A DNA stretch of 20,031 nt from a virus (taxonomy: Duplodnaviria; Heunggongvirae; Uroviricota; Caudoviricetes), in the IMG/VR virus record IMGVR_UViG_2541047753_000005. One strand, 5' to 3'. Positions 15,789-20,031 of this stretch are shown here, in pieces. Made by a program: the position numbers and the translations under genes. Position 1 is the first letter of the stretch; every line of letters begins with the position of its first letter. The notes beneath the pieces were generated by a model. It did not search any database. It was not told the DNA's origin and worked only from the letters and a program-made list of their open reading frames with translations.

Positions 15789-16581
15789 ACGTCCGACCAG
15801 TATGCACACGATGGCGGGGGGATACCATAAAACTGTTCTCTACATGAGACAGAGTGGTGGTGATGTGTTGATTATCGGCGTATATGCGCACAGGACGCGC
15901 TATGACGATGTTTTATGCGGGTACACCAATCACATGTATCTGGTGTGATAAATCGCGTTACATGACCTCTCATGTTGTGCTGGTGGTTATCACGACGTTC
16001 TGAATCTGGCCTTTGCCTGGTATTTTGCGACAAGTACGCGCGCGTAGCATCGAAATAATCGGATGGCGTATGCTGCTGGTAATATGAAGACCGATAGCAT
16101 TAACCGAAAGGAGAAAGACTTCTCGATAACGGCAAGGGGGCTGAATTGCGAGGCGAGATTAAGCAACTGTCTTGAACGTAAAAATCATGGAGCAACATGA
16201 TGGTACGATTCATTCCATTCTTCGTTCTTTCTGAGCATTGCGTTCAGGCTTAGTCAAAATTAGTGTTGCGAGCGGACCTATTAGTAATTGTTGGTGCGAT
16301 GCGCCTGTTATGGATTGTTATGGTTGTGGCAGGCCTGATTAATATCCAGTATGACCACCAGCTATGAGAGGCCACCTCAGTGGTTCGCAGTTGCAGGTTT
16401 GCACTCAGGTTCGCAGGGTTTTGGCTACTTTCACGTGCGAACCTGCAGAATTGCAAAGGACAACTAAGTCCTCTGGCCAACTCCCGGTTTATGAGCGACA
16501 CAGTCCGCCTGGCGCATCGTTTTCGTCGAGTGCGCCCATCAGCTTGTCCATGGACTATCCACCACTCGATATTAAAGCTAA

Positions 16582-16767
16582 TCATTGGTTGCCAGCCCGC
16601 GAATCAAGTTTGTTCTGGATCCAAGCTTCAACCTCCTCAAGCGACCATCTAGCTGATCTACCAATTTTAACTGGCTGTGGAAACGTGCCCGTCTTAACCC
16701 ATGAGTAGATTGCCGTTTTCTTGAAGCCCGTTCTGAGCATGACTTCGCTTAATTTGATAAGGCGCAT
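16582..16767 (-). CDS. AlpA/Vis-family helix-turn-helix regulator, second copy
   Basis: 61-aa ORF on the minus strand; LSEVMLRTGFKKTAIYSWVKTGTFPQPVKIGRSARWSLEEVEAWI is a typical AlpA-family sequence; GAGGAG Shine-Dalgarno 5 nt upstream of the ATG. Confidence 0.75.
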   Translation of the reverse strand: MRLIKLSEVMLRTGFKKTAIYSWVKTGTFPQPVKIGRSARWSLEEVEAWIQNKLDSRAGNQ

Positions 16768-17019
16768 AGAGGCTCCTCTGCTTTAGATTAAGCATAGTGA
16801 CAATCTGGCTTTGGGCGGTATCCAAAAGCGAGGTATCCATGTTGGTATCCACCAAAACGCTGTTTACCAAAAAAGTTACCACCGGAACAGGACATTTTGA
16901 GCTGTAACTTAACACATAGCATATGGAGTTCACGCATAGACTTCACGCACAACGGCTCCGGCCAGTGAAGAATCACCCTGGCTGGCAATATAATGCCGAT
17001 CACCATCAGAGGGGAATCC

Positions 17020-17211
17020 ATGACACCACGAGAAATCGAGCTGCTGACCATTGCCAAGCTGGAGCATGACGGCCACCAGCTCAGCCCGGCAGAACTGCGG
17101 GAATTAAGGCGCCAGCTGGCAGAGGGCCCTGTAATAGCCAGGCGGTACCGCGAAATGATGACCAGCCACGCATATCGCTGGAGCAAACCAGCGCCGCTCC
17201 GTGCGCGGTGA
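17020..17211 (+). CDS. small hypothetical protein (63 aa)
   Basis: ATG at 17020 preceded by AGAGGGG; a TATAAT lies at 16989-16994. Divergent from the second alpA gene. The ORF-track start at 16993 overlaps the -10 and is less likely. Confidence 0.4.
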   Translation: MTPREIELLTIAKLEHDGHQLSPAELRELRRQLAEGPVIARRYREMMTSHAYRWSKPAPLRAR

Positions 17212-17285
17212 GCAGCACCTAACCAGCACTAGACAAGCCCTGTGCTGGTGGATGTCCCTCATAATTAGCGGTTTTTAAACGGCGT

Positions 17286-17406
17286 GTTGGTTCACGGCCT
17301 CTTTTTGTTGGTTCAAAAATGGGGTGTGTTGGTTCACATTTTGCGAATAATCCTTTTAAAAACAATACTCTTTACAAATTGAACCAACTGAACCAACTGA
17401 ACCAAC
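17286..17406. repeat. iteron array / origin-like element, right copy (reverse complement of the left copy)
   Basis: Three GTTGGTTCA units spaced 21 bp apart (17286, 17307, 17328), AT-rich spacer, three tandem TGAACCAAC units (17380-17406). 17359-17406 is an exact 48-bp inverted repeat of 9784-9831. Confidence 0.7.
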
Positions 17407-17442
17407 ACCTTTTTGCTTATCTATATAGTCTGAGAGGCAGAA

Positions 17443-17730
17443 ATGATAAGGGACAGGAAAGCTGAAGAGCTGGAGTTAAAAGGGCTATGCCGGAGAGCTG
17501 CCACACGATGGGCAGAAGTCATGACGCTGGCAGATGGCGATAAAGAACGTGAACATGCAGCAAACAGACGCTCTGAATGTATCCGTAGGGCGGCACGCCC
17601 ACCAGCAACTACAGACAGATTCGGAGACTTAAGACAGGCAGTTAAGCGAACGCATTCAGCTCTTGGTATGGATGAGGAAGCGAGAGGGTACTTCAGGCGT
17701 TATCGCGATAAAGATTGCCAGCTACGATAA
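17443..17730 (+). CDS. hypothetical protein (95 aa, Arg-rich)
   Basis: GAGAGG Shine-Dalgarno 5 nt upstream of ATG; begins just right of the iteron array; no recognised motif. Confidence 0.45.
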   Translation: MIRDRKAEELELKGLCRRAATRWAEVMTLADGDKEREHAANRRSECIRRAARPPATTDRFGDLRQAVKRTHSALGMDEEARGYFRRYRDKDCQLR

Positions 17731-17899
17731 AGCAAAGGAGGTGTCTTACTACAATGACCAAGCAAAACTGTCGTTGCTTTCGCATAGCATCAGCTAAAAG
17801 ATCAAGACACCCAACATCGCATTAATAAGTATAATCAATTTGCTTCTTTCAACATTTGCTATAGAGTTTTTGAACCTTAATGGTTTATGAGCATCTATA

Positions 17900-18664
17900 A
17901 TGACTACAACGGTATATGATCGTGTTAACGCCTTAGTAGCGACCGACTCTAGGTGGTCTGTTGATCTTAGCCCACATGGCTACGATGGTCATATCCTGTA
18001 TATTGACGACACCGGCTTCGGTAAGCTAGCTCCACGAAATGATTTTGTTATGCTTTTAGCCGGTGATGGTCTTTTGATTCAGTTATGGAAGCATTGGTGG
18101 CGAGGAGACCTATCTCAACAAGAACCACCAGTTGTTTTACCTACTGGTCAATCGGTAAATTTACATATTGTGAAAAAATCAACTAATGAAGTGATTTTTG
18201 ATAAAGGTCAAAAATTAGTTGTAAAAAATAACGAAACGGAAGAACTGTTCGCTGTCTTTACAGGCTCAGGATGCGGTGCTGCTGCGCAAAACTGGATGTA
18301 TAGCCATTGCGCAAGATCAGCAATTGAAGAATCTAAAAAGCTTGACCCATACACTGGCGGCACTGTACGTTTTTTAGACTTCAGGACTAACGCATCATTA
18401 GTAGAAGACTCTGTTTCAACCATTAGCGAAGTAAACGAAGCTCTATTGCAGAGGGGGCTGATTATGGATACCAAAAACCCACATTCACCACACGTTTCTA
18501 TCAGTGCACAAGAAGTTGCTGAAGTTCGTCAAATGCTGGTTAGTGGTTCAATTACCCCATGTGCACCAGTAGGCCAAAGAACCCAAGATTGGGATGACAA
18601 CTCCAAATTGCGTTTAGCAAATGCTATTCAGCGTATTCGTGAAGAAGAAGCACAAATGCGATAA
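17900..18664 (+). CDS. putative Ntn-hydrolase, HslV/proteasome-beta-like threonine peptidase with C-terminal extension
   Basis: 254 aa, AT-rich. N-terminus MTTTVYDRVNALVATDSRWS parallels HslV [20 protein letters not shown] (Thr directly after Met, conserved Asp); LFAVFTGSGCGAAAQNW parallels the HslV IAIGSGGPYAQAAARAL motif. No Shine-Dalgarno before the ATG. No HslU-like ATPase gene in the window. From remembered HslV sequence only. Confidence 0.5.
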   Translation: MTTTVYDRVNALVATDSRWSVDLSPHGYDGHILYIDDTGFGKLAPRNDFVMLLAGDGLLIQLWKHWWRGDLSQQEPPVVLPTGQSVNLHIVKKSTNEVIFDKGQKLVVKNNETEELFAVFTGSGCGAAAQNWMYSHCARSAIEESKKLDPYTGGTVRFLDFRTNASLVEDSVSTISEVNEALLQRGLIMDTKNPHSPHVSISAQEVAEVRQMLVSGSITPCAPVGQRTQDWDDNSKLRLANAIQRIREEEAQMR

Positions 18665-18681
18665 ATGGAATAAGTAAGCCT

Positions 18682-18712
18682 AAAAAGCTGCCTATCATAC
18701 AGGCAGCTTTTT
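18682..18712. terminator. intrinsic terminator, potentially bidirectional
   Basis: AAAAGCTGCCT / AGGCAGCTTTT stem with a 7-nt loop, A-run before and T-run after, 18 nt after the stop of the HslV-like gene. Confidence 0.65.
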
Positions 18713-19020
18713 AGTCCGTTTCCCCATTCTATGTAAATACACTTCCTAAAAATAGCGATTAACTTACCTCTCACAATCAATTTCACGAGCAATACGCGTG
18801 CGCAGTACAACAAGCCTGAACAGGGTTACACACCTCGATCGTGAGCGATGTAGACAATGGCTTTTGACCAAAGCACCAGAAAAAACCGTGTACATAAGGG
18901 TGTACATAATCAAAAAAATCATTAGAAAGAAATCAGCCACAATGCGGCATTGAAGCCAATACTCTACAAACAGATCCAAGAATAACTCGTAACGCCAATT
19001 CTTCCTTTTCAGCCTTCACA

Positions 19021-19052
19021 AATGCCGCCCACTCAAACAGAGCGGCATTTTT
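19021..19052 (+). terminator. candidate intrinsic terminator
   Basis: AATGCCGC / GCGGCATT stem with a 13-nt loop followed by a T run; lies between the element and the dinD promoter. Confidence 0.45.
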
Positions 19053-19143
19053 CCTCCCCGCAACATTCAATTCTGTTTTGCGTGCCTGCTCCAGATTTTG
19101 CGATGTTTTTTTGCCCAGCGCAGTGAGAACGTGAGATACTTAC

Positions 19144-19163
19144 AACTGTATATAAACACAGTT
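19144..19163 (+). promoter_or_regulatory. LexA operator (SOS box) of dinD
   Basis: AACTGTATATAAACACAGTT matches the CTGT-N8-ACAG LexA consensus, 44 bp upstream of the dinD ATG. Confidence 0.75.
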
Positions 19164-19206
19164 GTAAACTTACTTTCCTTGCAATCGATATCATATGGAG
19201 TGGGCA

Positions 19207-20031
19207 ATGAACGAACATCATCAACCTTTTGAAGAAATACGGCATTATGGCACTGAAGGGCAAGAATTTTGGTCAGCGAGAGAATTGGCACCGTTACTGG
19301 ATTATCGGGACTGGCGCAATTTTCAAAAGGTACTGGCCCGCGCGACTCAAGCGTGCGAAGCCAGCAATCAAGCTGCATCTGACCATTTCGTTGAAACCAC
19401 CAAAATGGTTGTATTAGGTTCAGGGGCTCAACGAGAACTTGAAGATGTTCATCTCTCCCGCTATGCCTGTTACCTGGTAGTACAAAACGGCGACCCTGCG
19501 AAACCGGTTATTGCGGCAGGGCAAACTTATTTTGCTATCCAGACCCGACGGCAGGAGCTGGCTGACGATGAAGCTTTCAGGCAACTTCGTGAAGACGAAA
19601 AGCGTCTTTTTCTGAGAAATGAGTTGAAAGAACATAACAAACAATTAGTTGAGGCAGCGCAGCAAGCTGGGGTAGCGACAGCTATCGATTTCGCCATATT
19701 TCAGAATCATGGTTACCGGGGACTGTATGGTGGATTAGATCAGAAAGCCATCCATCAGCGGAAGGGGCTGAAAAAGAGTCAGAAGATCCTGGATCATATG
19801 GGTTCAACAGAACTGGCGGCTAATCTCTTTCGAGCTACCCAAACAGAAGAAAAACTCAAGCGGGATGGCGTGAATTCAAAACAGCAAGCTAATACCACAC
19901 ACTTTGACGTGGGTCGCAAGGTGAGGCAAACCATTCAGGAACTTGGCGGAACCATGCCTGAGGAGTTGCCGACCCCGCAGGTCAGCATCAAGCAGTTGGA
20001 AAACAGTGTAAAAATTACAGAGAAGAAATAG
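19207..20031 (+). CDS. dinD: DNA-damage-inducible protein D
   Basis: 274 aa from ATG 19207 (MNEHHQPFEEIRHYGTEGQEFW...), matching my recollection of enterobacterial DinD; LexA box upstream; complete, with TAG at 20029-20031. The ORF-track start at 19195 adds four residues and is probably too long. Confidence 0.8.
   Translation: MNEHHQPFEEIRHYGTEGQEFWSARELAPLLDYRDWRNFQKVLARATQACEASNQAASDHFVETTKMVVLGSGAQRELEDVHLSRYACYLVVQNGDPAKPVIAAGQTYFAIQTRRQELADDEAFRQLREDEKRLFLRNELKEHNKQLVEAAQQAGVATAIDFAIFQNHGYRGLYGGLDQKAIHQRKGLKKSQKILDHMGSTELAANLFRATQTEEKLKRDGVNSKQQANTTHFDVGRKVRQTIQELGGTMPEELPTPQVSIKQLENSVKITEKK

Noticed and set aside
15568-15948. Plus-strand 126-aa ORF overlapping the start of the membrane-protein gene
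   Set aside because: The annotated start overlaps the convergent membrane-protein gene and has no Shine-Dalgarno; an operator-like inverted repeat lies within the frame. Only the C-terminal part is discussed, as a possible decayed toxin, in the findings.
16250-17186. Overlapping ORFs 16250..16585 (-), 16364..16708 (+), 16380..16652 (+), 16694..16933 (-), 16788..17186 (-)
   Set aside because: Mutually overlapping in several frames, with non-protein-like translations; partly antisense to the well-supported second alpA gene. Treated as a stop-poor structured region.
18208-19644. Minus-strand ORFs 18208..18474, 18628..18813, 18764..18979, 19033..19263, 19067..19378, 19420..19644 and plus ORF 19229..19417
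   Set aside because: Antisense to or out of frame with the HslV-like gene and dinD, or spanning terminators and the LexA box; no translation signals.
1-20031. Search for tRNA, rRNA, CRISPR, insertion sequences and transposases
   Set aside because: No T-arm or acceptor-stem tRNA signatures, no rRNA-like segments, no repeat-spacer arrays and no transposase-like ORFs were seen by eye; the integrase attachment site is presumably upstream of nt 1.

Overview
This 20-kb window is mostly one integrated mobile element of the P4/PICI satellite type, ending in chromosomal dinD. All calls come from reading the sequence and ORF track and from remembered family signatures; no similarity search was run. 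From left to right: (1) a P4-family tyrosine integrase starting at nt 1 (attachment site off-window), an AT-rich orphan gene, an AlpA-family regulator, an antirepressor, then a run of translationally coupled small genes ending in a 918-aa primase-helicase; (2) directly after the primase, an origin-like array of 9-bp iterons; (3) a ~7.5-kb module bracketed by a second, reverse-complemented copy of that iteron element. The module holds a coupled operon whose sizes, order and composition resemble the ejection (DNA-transfer) gene block of P22-type podoviruses, followed by a convergent polytopic membrane protein in the position of sieA, a near-palindromic operator-like site and a second AlpA-family gene; (4) beyond the second iteron copy, two orphan genes, one of which looks like a stand-alone HslV/proteasome-beta-like Ntn-hydrolase; (5) dinD with its LexA box. 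No tRNA, rRNA, CRISPR array, transposase, capsid, terminase or tail gene was recognised. The best candidates for something undescribed are the iteron-bracketed ejection-protein/SieA-like cargo in an element with no virion genes, the orphan HslV-like protease, and the AT-rich orphan gene between int and alpA.
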